A DNA stretch of 64,000 nucleotides from Haplodiscus bocki. Taxonomy: Eukaryota. Shown here one piece after another: positions 25,831 to 38,400 of this stretch (position 1 is its first letter; the number at the start of each line of letters is the position of its first letter). Location: positions 8,742,001 through 8,806,000 of the forward strand of contig OZ296659.1 of the NCBI GenBank assembly GCA_965655095.1, in the 5' to 3' direction. The position numbers and the translations under genes were made by a program. The notes under the pieces were generated by a model, which saw only the letters and a program-made list of their open reading frames with translations, had not been told where the DNA came from and ran no database searches.

Positions 25831-28339
25831 TTTTACCAAGTCAGAAATATAAGATGATGAAATTTCTGATAAAATTCAATCATTTTTTGATACATCTATT
25901 TATTTATTCATTGAAGCTTTAATTAGATCATTGGTGCTTCAAGGTTTCCAAATTTTTGTGACATTGGCCCATTTTACTTGTATTTCAAGCTAATTTTCAA
26001 AAGAATGCTAGATTTTATCTGTAAATAGGTGTTTTATGGTGTGATTTTCAATCTTCTGAACTTTCTTTCACTTCCGGTACCATCGTTCCCGCTGCCGCCA
26101 CGTAAACCTTGTGCTTTGGCATCCAATCTACCTCCTCTGATGCCGCATAGTACTTTTTCTTTTGAATCGAACTTATTTATATCAGTAGCGTTAATTGAAA
26201 CATTTTTTGTACCATATTTTCACTATCCCACCAATTTCATCTCTTCGTTCATTTTGAGGTATTTTCTCCCATTTACGTAGTTTTGGCCGCCACATGTCGT
26301 TTTTACACATTCTGACTGGAAGGAAAAATGTGAGTGGAAACCGGCCTATGCATAAATTTTTATTCAGTCCAAATTTTGTAATTTGTCAAGTCCTCAGAGA
26401 ATCTAGTCATCTAGTTTAAACTGTCAAAATGGATTTTTTTTCGAAAGACCTGTGCAGGTACTTGTTTTTTTTTCGCGTTCTGAAACGCGCAAAGTTTTTG
26501 AATACTAATCTGAAAAATGAACAGTAGCGTTCGAAAAAGATTATTTTGTTTTGAATATGAGACCGTATGAGAAGTGTATAAGGTGTCCCCAGAAATCGTT
26601 ACAGTAAAACTTTCGAGTTCTGAATCGTTATTATTAGTAAACAAGACATTGGAACTTCTTTCAAGTCGGCACATACTGCCTCTCAATCAGAAAAACTTGA
26701 AACAATGCTGAGTCTTAAATTGTTAAAATTTAGATTCAGAATATGATTATTTGTTCGAACTTATCTAACTGAAATTATGCATGTTTTTTTATGTTTGAAC
26801 TAAAACTCACAAGTCCTCATGATTTTAAGTGAGATAAGAAATTTTAGCAACTATTTTTATGTCTTGTTGACTAAATTTAGCCATTTTAACAGTCTAATTT
26901 TTTTTACCTGTAACGTTTTTTGGGACGCCTAGTGTTGTTCATTTTTTGCGTTTTTAATGTGTAGCTCTTTTAAAGATTGGGCTGCAGAATTGAGAATAAA
27001 AAATATGATTGAAAGTTTAATTTTTCGGGGATTAAAGGCCGTGAAGAGGACTTGTCTCAATTGGACTTCTTCGAACAACCTTTTAATTTTCATCCGATGC
27101 ATTGTTTCTAAAAGTCTCAATCATGTATCCGATCAAGGTTCAAATGTCTCTCAGGACCTTTGATGGGTGAACTTCATCTTCAATCTCAATTGACAAGTCA
27201 GAACGTGTTGAGAAATTCCGCGTTGATTTCCCCGCCATATTTCACTTTTGATCTTGGCCGAAACCTTTTCAGTCTTCATTTTTTCACGAGTGTATAATAT
27301 TTTTTATGGGTTTCGATAGTTTGACTGCTATCTAAAATATGCATTCTAGCGCTTAGTTGGTCAGATTTTGAATATCTCAGATGAGTTGTTGATTTAGAAG
27401 TCGAGACTTTTGTTCAATTTTTCAAAGCGTTGAAGACAGATTGACAGATTTTAGCCATAGTTGGGAATATTATCGCCAACGTTGTTTAGTTCACAAAATT
27501 TAGAGTTTCAAGCAAGAATTAACTGACAAATACAGCTATGGAAAATCAATAAGAAAACGCGTTCCCTTCTAAATTTAAAATCCTGATTTATTAGACAAAC
27601 TTAGGAAAACTGAGGAACTGTGTGACATTCATATGCTTTGTTTGGGTTTGAGCTCTCCCTTTTTGTCGTCGTTTTAAACCTCGAAGTGTTTTCGAATTGA
27701 AAGTGAAGCATGTTTGCGTTTCAACTGTATTTGAGTGAAGGCATCGCGAGGAGCTTTTGCGCTTCAGTTCCCACACCCAAAAGATTTTTGATTAAAATTT
27801 ACTGGTTTTTGTGTGGGAAACCAACTGGAATTTTTCTCCAATAGATTTTTCATAGGAATTTAATGAAACTATCCTGAGATTTGAACTCTCAACTGCTTCG
27901 CTTTGGCACTGATTTTCATCTATCCTCAAAAGTAATGACTTGTTACCTCGGTTTTGTATACGTGATTTTTGATTTTTACATTACACAAAAGCTAGCTTAA
28001 ATTTCTGAGCGTAGCATTTAAACAACTTATGTTTGAAAATGTGATTTCAGCCATCCGTTAGTTGATTTTTGATTTGATTTCAGCACACACACATGCACGT
28101 AAATTGTTGAAGCATTTGGCGATAGCTTAACTAAGGCCTGTTGTTTTTTTTAGTCGGTGTTTTGCTTTGGTAAAGATGCCGAACATTAACGTGGCTTTTT
28201 CAATCGTGGCTGACACTCAATCGATCCAATTTCCGAAACAGACTTTCTGGTATTTTAGCATTTATGTTTCGATGCATCTAATGATTCTGCTAGGAAATGT
28301 AAACTGTCGCAATGACCGGAAAGGGTTACCCTTAACCAA

Positions 28340-28500
28340 ATTTTCCCGTACTGTGAGACGAAATTTTTCGACCAAAATCGTGTTACCCGTCTGTGGTTTA
28401 CCAAAAAAATTCAGAAGCCAAAATATTTTAAATCGCGAAATGGTCTCCCTACGATGTTTTCCGGTACTGTGAGACAAAATATTTTTACGAAAAAAATTGA
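28340..28500 (+). repeat. Two units (~116-bp period) of a dispersed satellite-like family; related pieces at ~11850-11930 and ~46330-46430 (-)
   Basis: GTACTGTGAGAC at 28348 and 28464 with similar flanks. Confidence 0.6.
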
Positions 28501-29049
28501 GAAGAACATCAGGAATTTAATGTACCTAATATATTTGATTGCTCTTCTGTGTACTTTTGACTGATTTTCCAATTGGATAAGGACTAGGGTTTACCTGAAC
28601 CGGGCAGGACCTCGTTGCTCTTGCTGCGGTCTCGTCAATACTCTACTTGTATGTGTTACCAGACAAAAACTCCAGTTCCATCGAAAAATTTTAATTAAGC
28701 CCGCAAAGCGCCTGCTAATTACGGTTGACATGCTTTTTTTCTTGTCGTCGTGATTGCCTCAAGATGATTAGCGGGGTAAATTTCGCTTTCCTTCTATTTC
28801 AGTTCCTTTTATTCGTTTCTGGGCTCCGAATTTATCCGATTTTCTTGCAACGAGTTGTTCCTTTTAGTCTGTAGAAAACCATCAGGAGAGCCAGGTTTTG
28901 AAAATCATTTTCGAGATGCTTTTCTCTGACCAAAAAATGCCCGAAAACCTTTCTTAGGTTACAAAATCTTTTTTTAACTATCATTTTAACACGGTCCATT
29001 GCTAAATCATTTGTCCATAATATGTTTGAAAAAACATCATCAGTGTTAG

Positions 29050-31640
29050 CGCCTGATATGCGGTTCCTACTCCGAGAAATGCTTTCGCCTGTAACTTGAA
29101 TTTCGATAAATTTCCTCTCTCCAATATGTTATTCATTCTCAGACTCGATCTCTTTGATTGAAGTGCTCATCGATCAACCAGCTGACTGGAAAAGTCTTTG
29201 AGATATCGGGTGGCCTGTTGCCTTGTTCTTCAGGTTTATAATATGTTTTTACAGGGCTTGTCAGTGGCAGAAACGCCCGAAAAAGGCATATGTATGGCCA
29301 GAATATCAAGTTTTTGCAACCATGTGAACACTGTTTTATGTTCAGTCCAAAACTGCGTTTAATGGTAGTTTTGAAATTCAAGTTCAGTTTTTCCTCAAGA
29401 TACGGCTTTCTTAGCTCGAGAAATATCCTTGCTTCCAATTTGAAATCCGAGAACTTATCGTATGTTTCAAGCAGAGTCCATACTTGGGATTAAAGCCATC
29501 AAGTTGTAATTCTGGAATCCTGCACCTGGAATCCGGTGGGAAAAAAATAATCTACTCTGTCCTTCTCTGGCCGAATTGACCAATAAAACCTATTTTTGTT
29601 AAGGGAGTCACGTGTTTTCTACCATATCAACCACGTCTACTGCTCAGTCTCATCAGTTTTTATTAACGTTTTTGATAAAACTTTATTGCAAGATTTAGAA
29701 TTCCTACTGCGTCAAACATCCCAAAATAATTTGCGTTCCAGAATTTTTCCGTGGCCTTTTTCCAAGGTTTTTTCAGGCTAGCGTTTGGATTGAATCCATC
29801 TTCGGGTCTATCAACGAATCGTCATGTAGAAAATTGTTGGAGGAGTTTCTATTGTTCTTGAGGCTTGAAATCAGTCTTCAAACAGCATACTTCTGATCAA
29901 AAAGTCGGGTTGTTGCACTTTCATGAACACTGCTCTCTGGCCAGTCACACTTATTAGTTCCAAATTAGTTTTGAGACTAAATTGGTTTGTATCTTGAAGG
30001 AAATGGGGTTCTTATCGCGAGAAATAACCTCAATTGTAATTTAGTTTTGGAACAGGGTCAATGTCGTCTTTTTTTCGATAATTTTTTTCTTCGCTGCGGC
30101 TCTGTTGGATAGGATACCACCATCGATGAATCACCATCTTTATACGTCCAAACATTGATGGAGTGACGAATAATCTGTTCCCTAGTTCTTTAGGTTAATA
30201 ATCGCTCTTAAGGTACTTCTTTGTTGACAAAACTCCTTAAAAACCTTTTGTCAGATTGAAAATTAACCCTCGACCTTTTGTTTATTAATCGCTGACTTTC
30301 AATTCCTACCGTCGAATACTTTTTCGATTGCGGTGAGATTGTTGAATGAGAGGGGTTGCCTTCGACAAATTTTCCCTGCGAGTTTTCTTGTGTTCTTGAG
30401 TACGCCGATTGCGTCTTTTTTCGAAAGCTATCTTGAAAACTGTGCTAGTTTGGGAGATTCATTCAACATTTCGACGCACTTGCACTGTCGAAGTTCTTCT
30501 GACCGGCTGTAATGGCATATTTTCATCTTCACCCTGGATATAGCTTGAGTTTCGATTGGAAATTCTAATTTTTTTTTACTGTCTTCGATACTCTTTTTTT
30601 TGAAATTTACTTGAGGGTAAACTTGAAAACCTACCTTTTCAAGTGTTAGACACGTGGCGTAGCTGCTGATCGACAGGTTGCCTTTGTTTTTTTTACTTTG
30701 AAGTATCTGACTTTTATTCGATATTCACAAAAGTGTCAAACTCGTTTCTTTCAAAAGCTTCGCTACATCGCTTTTGATTTTCTCGGTAACTTAATTATAG
30801 GGAAACCCCGTGATTTTCAAGAACTCGCTTTTTCGATTGAATCTGCATAACTACTTGTCACTGTTCAACTTTCCTGGAAAATTGTTTCTGATGCTTTCTC
30901 GAATTTTAGGCTGTTTTATGGTAGTTTTTATTTTTAGGAGACGAGATTCATTTGAGTGGCCAGCTTTGCGGAGCTCCGTTTCACCTATGTTATATTTTTC
31001 AAACCATTGAGGGCAAGTTTCTACTGTTAGGCTAGTTTTTTTCATCTGTGATTGACTCGGAAAATGAACGTGTTGGGAAGTTTGTGTCCTTACTTCCTTT
31101 GAAACCTGCTGCATCTTATTTAGGGCCTATATAGTTTTTTCAACATGTGGAATGTAATATTGAAGAGGAACAGTCGAAATTTGTTTTCTACGGTTTTTAA
31201 CCCTGCTAAAGCCTCGGGAAAACGCTTCTTTTGTTGAAAATGAAGTTTTCAATGTCAAGTAAGCGAGGGCAAGCTTCAATTTTATCAATTCCATTGGTAT
31301 TTAATTTCAAACTCGTAATGAGTTTTCTTGGACCTGGCGATTGAAAATGGAGTATCAGAGTTTTTTGCCTTTCGCTGACGAGACTTGTTGTAACTAATTG
31401 CTTGTGATTCTTCGGGGCTAAGTTTATAACTATCTCGATTATTCCCGAGGTAAGACTTGAAGGCGGCAGGTTGAGATAATTTGTTTTTTTTTTGTTGTTG
31501 AGTCCAAAAGTATTTTCGATTGCTTTTTTTTCGAAAAAACTAGAAATATTAGTGTCTTTATTAGACAATTCGTCAACATTTAGCTTTACAGCTCTTACAC
31601 TTGGTCTGAGTTTAGCAAAATTTTTGCAATGCATGACAGA
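29050..31640 (-). mobile_element. Probable second, highly decayed Polinton/Maverick remnant (penton-like ORF and integrase fragments)
   Basis: Integrase-like LDGFNPKYGLCLK, RIFLELRKPY, HFNQRDRV, YWREEIY (cf. FKVGDxVR...NWSEEIF) at 29050-29520; penton-like NLPP...IIEI...PLQYYIPHVEKTI at 31100-31634. Confidence 0.4.
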
Positions 31641-31721
31641 TTGACTCTGATTCTTTTCGTTGTTTTTGAGTAAGATCGAACATTTTTCGTTTTTCCGCGA
31701 ACTAATCCCGAAAAAAAAAGA

Positions 31722-31896
31722 AAAATGATCCCTAATAGCGAGCGCAGAAGAGAGAACATAAGTATTGCATCGTTTGTATCTAATGTAACCAGAATCCAGG
31801 ATTGTGACCCGTGCTCCGGTTTACCTGGCCGCTCGCCAAATTAGTCTTTTTTGGAAAATCCTCAAAAATCAAAACCAGAACAGGAATTATTTAAGT
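31722..31896 (+). repeat. 5' LTR (recognisable part)
   Basis: gtattgcat..gtttgt..aacca.aatccagg.ttgtgacc..tgctccgg.tt....ccgctcgc...tttggaaaat aligns with 43284-43462 at roughly 70-75% identity by eye. Confidence 0.8.
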
Positions 31897-31914
31897 TGGC
31901 GACAGTTCGGAGAC
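31897..31914 (+). promoter_or_regulatory. Primer-binding site (probably tRNA-Arg type)
   Basis: TGGCGACAGT... directly after the 5' LTR; resembles the TGGCGACCGT PBS of some Gypsy elements. Confidence 0.7.
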
Positions 31915-32399
31915 AACCCTGATGACACAAGACAGAGAGGTAGAGAGGTACTACCTTCTTTGGTCTAAGTTTCCCACTTGAAGCTCTTTCCCAATCATCC
32001 ATTGCAATCCTCTCACGTCTTCCACCAAATTCAGTCGTGCATCATCCACACCAGCTCCAGTGACATTCAATTTGATTTTTACAAAAAAATGAGTTGTAAA
32101 CAACTGTAGTTCTTCCATTTTAGTTTTGTGTGATTGCATGGCATATCCACTTTTTTCGTCGAAAGTTGATTTTTCCAAGGTTTTACAAAAAACTGATAAT
32201 AAACTCTTTCAAATGCACCAAAGTTGTTTCAAAAACACTTTTTTTAAATTTCAAGGACATTTTTTTCGATTGTTTTCAATTCCTCCCTTTGCTTGTCCGC
32301 TAATTTGATCTAATCATTAATTCACTTAACTGAGCTTAATTCCTGAACTCATAACTTGTAGCTCAACCTTAATTTACACTCAGTCCTTTTTCTGACTCA

Positions 32400-33420
32400 G
32401 AAGAAGACTATTATTGCGAATTTGAACAACTATGAGTTATTTTATGCGCAACAGCCTTTCCAAAAAAAGCTAATTTTTTGCAATTGCATCCTCGAGATCC
32501 AGCTCTAACATGCTTTCAAACTTTGCCTTTGGCTATACATCAAAATTTGGGACTTTCAGTAATAGCGCTCCGGAATCATTTTTGCAATCCAGAGCTACAA
32601 GAACTTCTTATTTTATCTCTTAATAATTTCAAATTTGATTAGAAAACTGATAATACGGAAAACTTTTCAGCAACTTACAACTGAAAGCAATGAAATCGTA
32701 TCCGGATCTAAATCCTTCACTAGTTGCACCAATTAACGTAATGCGGCGGATGCAGCAGTTGAAAAAACCAGATTTGATGAAGAGACGAGGCAGAAGTAAT
32801 TCATTCTGCTGAAGAAGCACTTTCATTTCAAATTCGGCATCAAAAATCAAAAATTTGCCTGGCTGGCAACGTGAAAAGGTGCCCGAGCAACCTGAAATTA
32901 CTACTCGATAAACTATGTAATCTTGCACGAGAGGAACTATCCATTAGTAATCTCTGTAAAGCAGATGACTCAGTGATTAACGCGTTTAGTGAATTTGATC
33001 CCTCAGTAACGGAAGGACTTGTTACCGCCTTGTCAAAACTAACCACTAATCAAGAAGCTATAGTAAATCGCCTAGATGAATTGTGCAAATTTTTTGAAGA
33101 CCGCAATACTACTTGATCTAACTTCAAGAAAATCGCGGGGCTCTTTTTCACAAAATCGTGGATAAAATTCGAATTTGTCGCTTTGAAATCGTGGTAGTTC
33201 CGGATGTCGCTTCCGCGATAACATTCGAGGATTCAGGAACCTCGATGGAACTTTATAACACCTCAGTGGCAATATCGGAAACAGAACAATCATACGCTTC
33301 GACAGCAGTCACAACAGAACTATTTCCTATCGCAAAAATAATTTCATTTTTTTCCTGTTGGAAACTCCAAACCTTCCGCCGCAAAATCAAAGTTTTCTGC
33401 AAGAAAACTAGAATTTTCAA
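32400..33420 (+). pseudogene. gag: gag remnant
   Basis: Position between PBS and pol; fragments LLLDKLCNLAREELSI..., helical segment ALSKLTTNQEAIVNRLDEL, then an Arg/Gly-rich stretch; frameshifted. Confidence 0.55.
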
Positions 33421-33689
33421 CCCTAGTGTTCGATTTTTTCTCACCGAGACCTACGTTTGAAGCTTTTACGGCTGATCCTAACCTATTTTCGCAGTCATAT
33501 ACCTTTCCCATAACCAAATTACTTTGATTAATGAAACGGAAATGGCCCATTTTGAAATTTTAAATGAAGCACAGACTGATAACTTTATCCAAATTGTTCC
33601 TCAGTTGATTTCATTGGCAAAATGCTTGACAGGGAAGACTCTGGTGGCAAACTGAACAGTTGATAGAGGATTTTGAAAGATATGATACT

Positions 33690-35330
33690 CCCGCCAGCGG
33701 ATAAATCAAAACTCTGGTTCACAACTCCGGAGAATTGCGATATTTTTTTCCAAATCGACGCCTGTGTAGGACGATATTCAAGATCAGAATTTGGATTTTC
33801 AACGTATATAAAAGATGGATCCTCTAAGCAATGACTCCGATAGATCAGTTTTTTTTGAAAGTTTTCATAGGATATTTCGGTCTTAAATGCTGACTAAAAA
33901 GGAAACTTGAGGAATTTCTGCTTGAACACGATGATGTGTTTGCCAAACATCGCTTCCTTGCGACCTATAACTTAAAACTCAAGATGAAACAGATGCCTGA
34001 GCACCCACTTCCGGTGTATGTATATTGAGGGTCCACATGCGTGATAAAGTTTTGATTGAAGGCGGATTGTTGCATCACTGCAACATTATAACAACGCTCT
34101 CATTCCAATTACAGTAGGTCGATGTTTGTTCAGCGCAAATCATCAGGTCAGCAAAGAATTCTTATTCAACTACGCCGCATTAACCTTCTCCTACGCCATG
34201 ATTCCTTAAATATCAATCTTCCGTTTTCATTTTTGACGGATACCACAAATCACTTCGCTGGGAAAAGTTTGTTTTGTAGACCAGATTGTTCACAAGTATA
34301 CCCTTGTGTTCACATGGCAATTGACCTTTCAGTCCAACTTTTGGCATTCAACTTCGCTCCTCGAACAATAGCCTACAACTATCCAGCTGAAGGTTTAAAT
34401 GAATCCTTCATGGGGTTCAGTTGTTCTGTGAGGCGTTACTTTGACCCCTGTTTTACTACGAATGTTTATACGAAGTTCATTGATGATTTTGCTGCCGGAG
34501 TTGATAACTTTGATGAAATGATGCCTGCTCTGTGAACTCTACGATTGTTTGAAACAATCTTGTTCGGAACTTTCTACAGATAAGGGTGATTTTGGGACGA
34601 CAAAACTTGATTACCTCGGAAGTACAATTACTCCTAGAGGAATTTCTCCGAATAATGAAAAAAATCGAAAAATTTCCTAAACAAAGTCGAATGCTGAATA
34701 TTGTGAAAGAAGTAAAACGCCTGAATGGCTTCGTAGATTTATCGGAGTTTTATGCCCACGCTTGTACAGAAATTGTTACCTTTTCATGGACTACTCCGAA
34801 AATAAAAAACACTACCATCAATAACGATCATCAGGAATCTTCAACTCGTTTAAAATCTGATTTGACTCATGCTACGGATTTGACATTATGGTTGGCACGG
34901 AAACCAGGCCAGCACGTTGTCCTCTGCGACGCTAATTTTAAAGCCGCTGGATTCGCGCTAATGATTGAAGATTACGTGATTGATCAAAATAGCAAAGTAA
35001 AAACTTACGCTCCAAAATCTTTTGTTTCACGACTTCTTATGTCTACTGAACTGAAGTTTTCAGCATTTTACAAAATTTTTTGGCATTGTATTTTGCCATA
35101 GAGCAATTTTCTCTTTTCATTAAGGGCGCTATAAAACATAGCCGTGTTTCATCCGAAACAGAAGCCTGACTCATTTTTTTCAGTCAAGAAAGATCATCCT
35201 TCCATCTTTGTCGACTTGTCTCGACCAAGTTTTATCATTCAACATTTTGGCTGCTCACGTTCCTGGCATGAAGAAGTGTGCTGCAGCTTTTCCTGCACAC
35301 ATGCTAGTGGATCCCAGTTTGAGTATACAG
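33690..35330 (+). pseudogene. pol: pol remnant: reverse transcriptase and RNase H
   Basis: DVFAKHRF, MFVQRKSSG..RILIQLRRIN, LFCRPDCSQVY (cf. FxKLDxSxAY), AFNF, FIDD at 34476-34487 (YxDD motif), RNase H VLCDANFKAAGFAL...YAP.SF.SR. Confidence 0.93.
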
Positions 35331-35849
35331 ATGAAAGTCACGGATCGTGTCCTTTCAGGCGAAATTGAAATCTAAATTGAAGCAGAACCACCTGGTGTAT
35401 CTCTGTCAGTTTTCGCTGAGACGTAGATGAATTTGGTGATCAAAAAGCTAACGTTGATGAACAGGTCATCAAGTTGAAAGCTCATATTCTTTATGACCAA
35501 TTCTGAGTAAAAACCGATTCTTAATGACGAACCACCAGGCACTTGTTTCTCGATTTTTTTCTCAAAAATGTCCCACGCATCAGTTTGATCAAAATTAACC
35601 TTTTAGAGGCCGCTCTAAATGATTTTATTAGTAGATTAGAGCCTCGTAACTTGAAGCAAGAATGACTCAATGATGAAGTCAATAGTCAAGTAATTTTGCG
35701 GAAAACTCGGGGGACTCCTAAGGAAGCCCCAAATTTGCTTCTTGCTTTGCACTAATCCTGAAAACAGTTTAATCGCCTGGTTGTAGAAGTTCTTACGCCC
35801 TTTCGTTTTTTCTACGCCGATTGTGGCTAAATGAAGTAAAAACAGCTTT

Positions 35850-36950
35850 CTGTACCCAAAACCTTATGGCCAGAAATTGTTGCCACCTAAACAACTGAAA
35901 AGCAGCCGGACATTTCCGCGTTTCCAAAACTCGAAGAACTTCACAGACAACTTTACTTTCCTATTTTCACGGATTTCCTCATACCAAGGACCAAGAACTG
36001 CCCATTATGATTACGGCCTAAACGCGCTCGATCTATAAAATTTACAGCCAGTTTTAACGCTCTTTTCCTATCCTGGTGAAGCCCTTCAAATTGACTTGAT
36101 TGGACCACTCGAGTCACCTGTTCACCGTAACGTGTTGACTGCTTTTGATGTTCTCACGAAATTGTTTTTTGCTGTCCCTTTGACGAATGTCAAAGCAGGC
36201 ACTATTGCCCGTGAACTGACGTCAATATTAGTCCGACATAGCTATGTGCCAAAAGAGAATTGTCTCTCTCATGGGAACTTATTTTGCTTCTGAATCAATG
36301 CATGAAGCATGATATGACTCATTTACTTGAAATTCAACTGGAATATGTAATTTTGAAACTGGTGGGAGTCTTGGAGCGCTCTCATATCGCACGTAATCGT
36401 GTTCTCAAGTTGAATATCAGTGAAAAATGGGCTGATTGTTTCATTTACGTGCAATTAGCGATCTTTATTCACAATACGGGCTATCATTAAGCGATTGGCC
36501 GCAGCCTTGTAACTCTCTCAAGGACGTGAACCATTCAAGCCGTCAGAGCTGCGTTTTACTAAAACTTCGATTGCACGTATATCTGCGAACAGTGAATGTT
36601 TTACCGCATGACAAGATGCAATGAATAAGAGCTTTTGCGAAACGAAATTTAGCTAAATTTACAACAAATACCGTGCCTATCATGATTGCCATGCTGGAGC
36701 CAAACTGTTGGCATTTTTTTCATACTGTTTTTTTTTGAATCCCCAATGGTTTAATCTGATTTGGCGGGTAAGTTTTCACTGATTTGGGTTCCGCTTTCCC
36801 GTGTTGAGAAAATTTTGACAAAGTAACTTTATCATTCAGAAGGTGATCCATAAATACACACAATGTGTCCATCGCACGAGATTGCGACCTGTAACTCAGC
36901 AAAGTTGAGTTCATCTCACGGTTATCAGTTTTGAAAAATTTGGACGAGAT
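35850..36950 (+). pseudogene. pol: pol remnant: DDE integrase
   Basis: AGHF (zinc-binding domain), LQIDLIGPL, VLTAFDVLTKLFFAVPL, GVLERSH, IFIHNTGYH. Confidence 0.92.
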
Positions 36951-37884
36951 CATTCGCTGGGCCACCATCGCGGTGAACCAATGCTTTTTGATGAAATTAT
37001 TTTTTCCCTGTTGATATCTACCACTAAAGGGGTCGCAACAGAAATAATGACTAGAAATCCGCCTTCTGTAACTGTGAGTTTTTGATTCCCAGTCGCTCTA
37101 GCTCCCGTGCTAGTCGGACTGGCAGCTGATGTGGTTCCTTTAACCCCACGTGCTGTGTTGGCGGCCTGAGCCCCCGTGGTGGTACCTGAACCAGCTGAAT
37201 ACGAAGTGGAAGAGCCGTCAGCGCTGGAACGTTCATCTTCTCCTAGTCTACACTTCACTACCGGCGACTGTTCAAATACTTCGCCTAAGCCTGCTGACGA
37301 CCTTTTGAATCCGCAAATTTTTCCTGAGATTGTTCGGGGACCAGTATTTTCTCTTCAATCTTGAGAGGCGATGCCTATTGACAATCGAGGCTTTTTCGGC
37401 CTGGTACAACCTCAGTCAAGCCAATCCAATTTAAGTGATCAATCATTTGATTGAACATTTGAAAAATCCATATACTTTCCGACTGAACCTTCTACTCATC
37501 CTTCCTGTGCATCTATGAATGGACCGGATTGCTCGAGCGCGTTGGCCTCGTCTTCATTAGCTGGGATATCTAATGCATACGCCCTGCGACCCAGCTTACC
37601 AATTCGGGACTCTTATTATAAAGTTGGTCAAATTGAAATACCATGTAATGTTATGTTTTCAACAAGGATCGACACTGATGCCGGACCTGGACAACTTACT
37701 CAAAACCAATAAGGCGAAGCAATACTCAAGTTTTTTAAGAGAACACGTGCACTTCCGAGCGTGCTGAATGAAACAGTTACTCCAAAAACGCATACAACGA
37801 AACATTTCACTCATTCAACACAATCGCCACCTCCAGGTTATTTGAAATGACAACCGGAAGTTAGATCTCGTTAATCTTCGAAGA

Positions 37885-38400
37885 ATTTAAAGAAACGCTT
37901 ACCATCAGAGGTTGTGCTTCGAATCATTGAATCTACTATACATGCAAAATTTTTGCTTCTCACAAGCTTTATCCGAACAGCTGGTACATAGATAGCACAT
38001 TGTGTCCTGAGATTTTGCTATTGAAATAGATTTTTCTATTGAAATAGATTTTGCTGCAGAGATAGGCTGTTGCTATCCCGAGCTGCAAGAAATGTGGTGT
38101 TTTTTGATTTATTTTCCACCTGACGTTCTATTTCCCCATTTGGATCAGCAACATCAGCGACCTAGTCATAATTTAGTCTCATGAAGACGCTATTACCGTA
38201 AACATACCTGTGAAGCGCTTCAACTGAGCCTGCAAGTGTTAAAGCAACACTTCGTACGATATAACATTCAAGAAAACCTTTTTCACACTTAGTTGTGGCT
38301 TTGACCGATTTCTAATAATTTTCATTCAATTTGCCACTACAAACCAAATTTTCGTTATTCCCGGCTTTTAACTTCCGAGGGCTCACTGAGCTTAGCTGCC
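37885..38400 (+). pseudogene. TARG1/OARD1-like (Poa1p-type) macrodomain inside the LTR element, between integrase and env
   Basis: Hand translation across ~3 frameshifts: IAHCV..DFA...FAAEI...YPELQE / RPSHNLVS*RRYYRKHTCEALQLSLQVLKQHFVRYNIQE / LSCGFDRF, collinear with TARG1 motifs AHCIS.D..MG.GIA, IYYLITK...KPTYENLQKSL..MK.H and PRIGCGLDRL. Not in the ORF track. Confidence 0.8.

Noticed and set aside
36950-37258. Ala/Thr/Ser-rich minus-strand ORF
   Set aside because: Antisense shadow of the Pro/Val-rich pol C-terminal extension.
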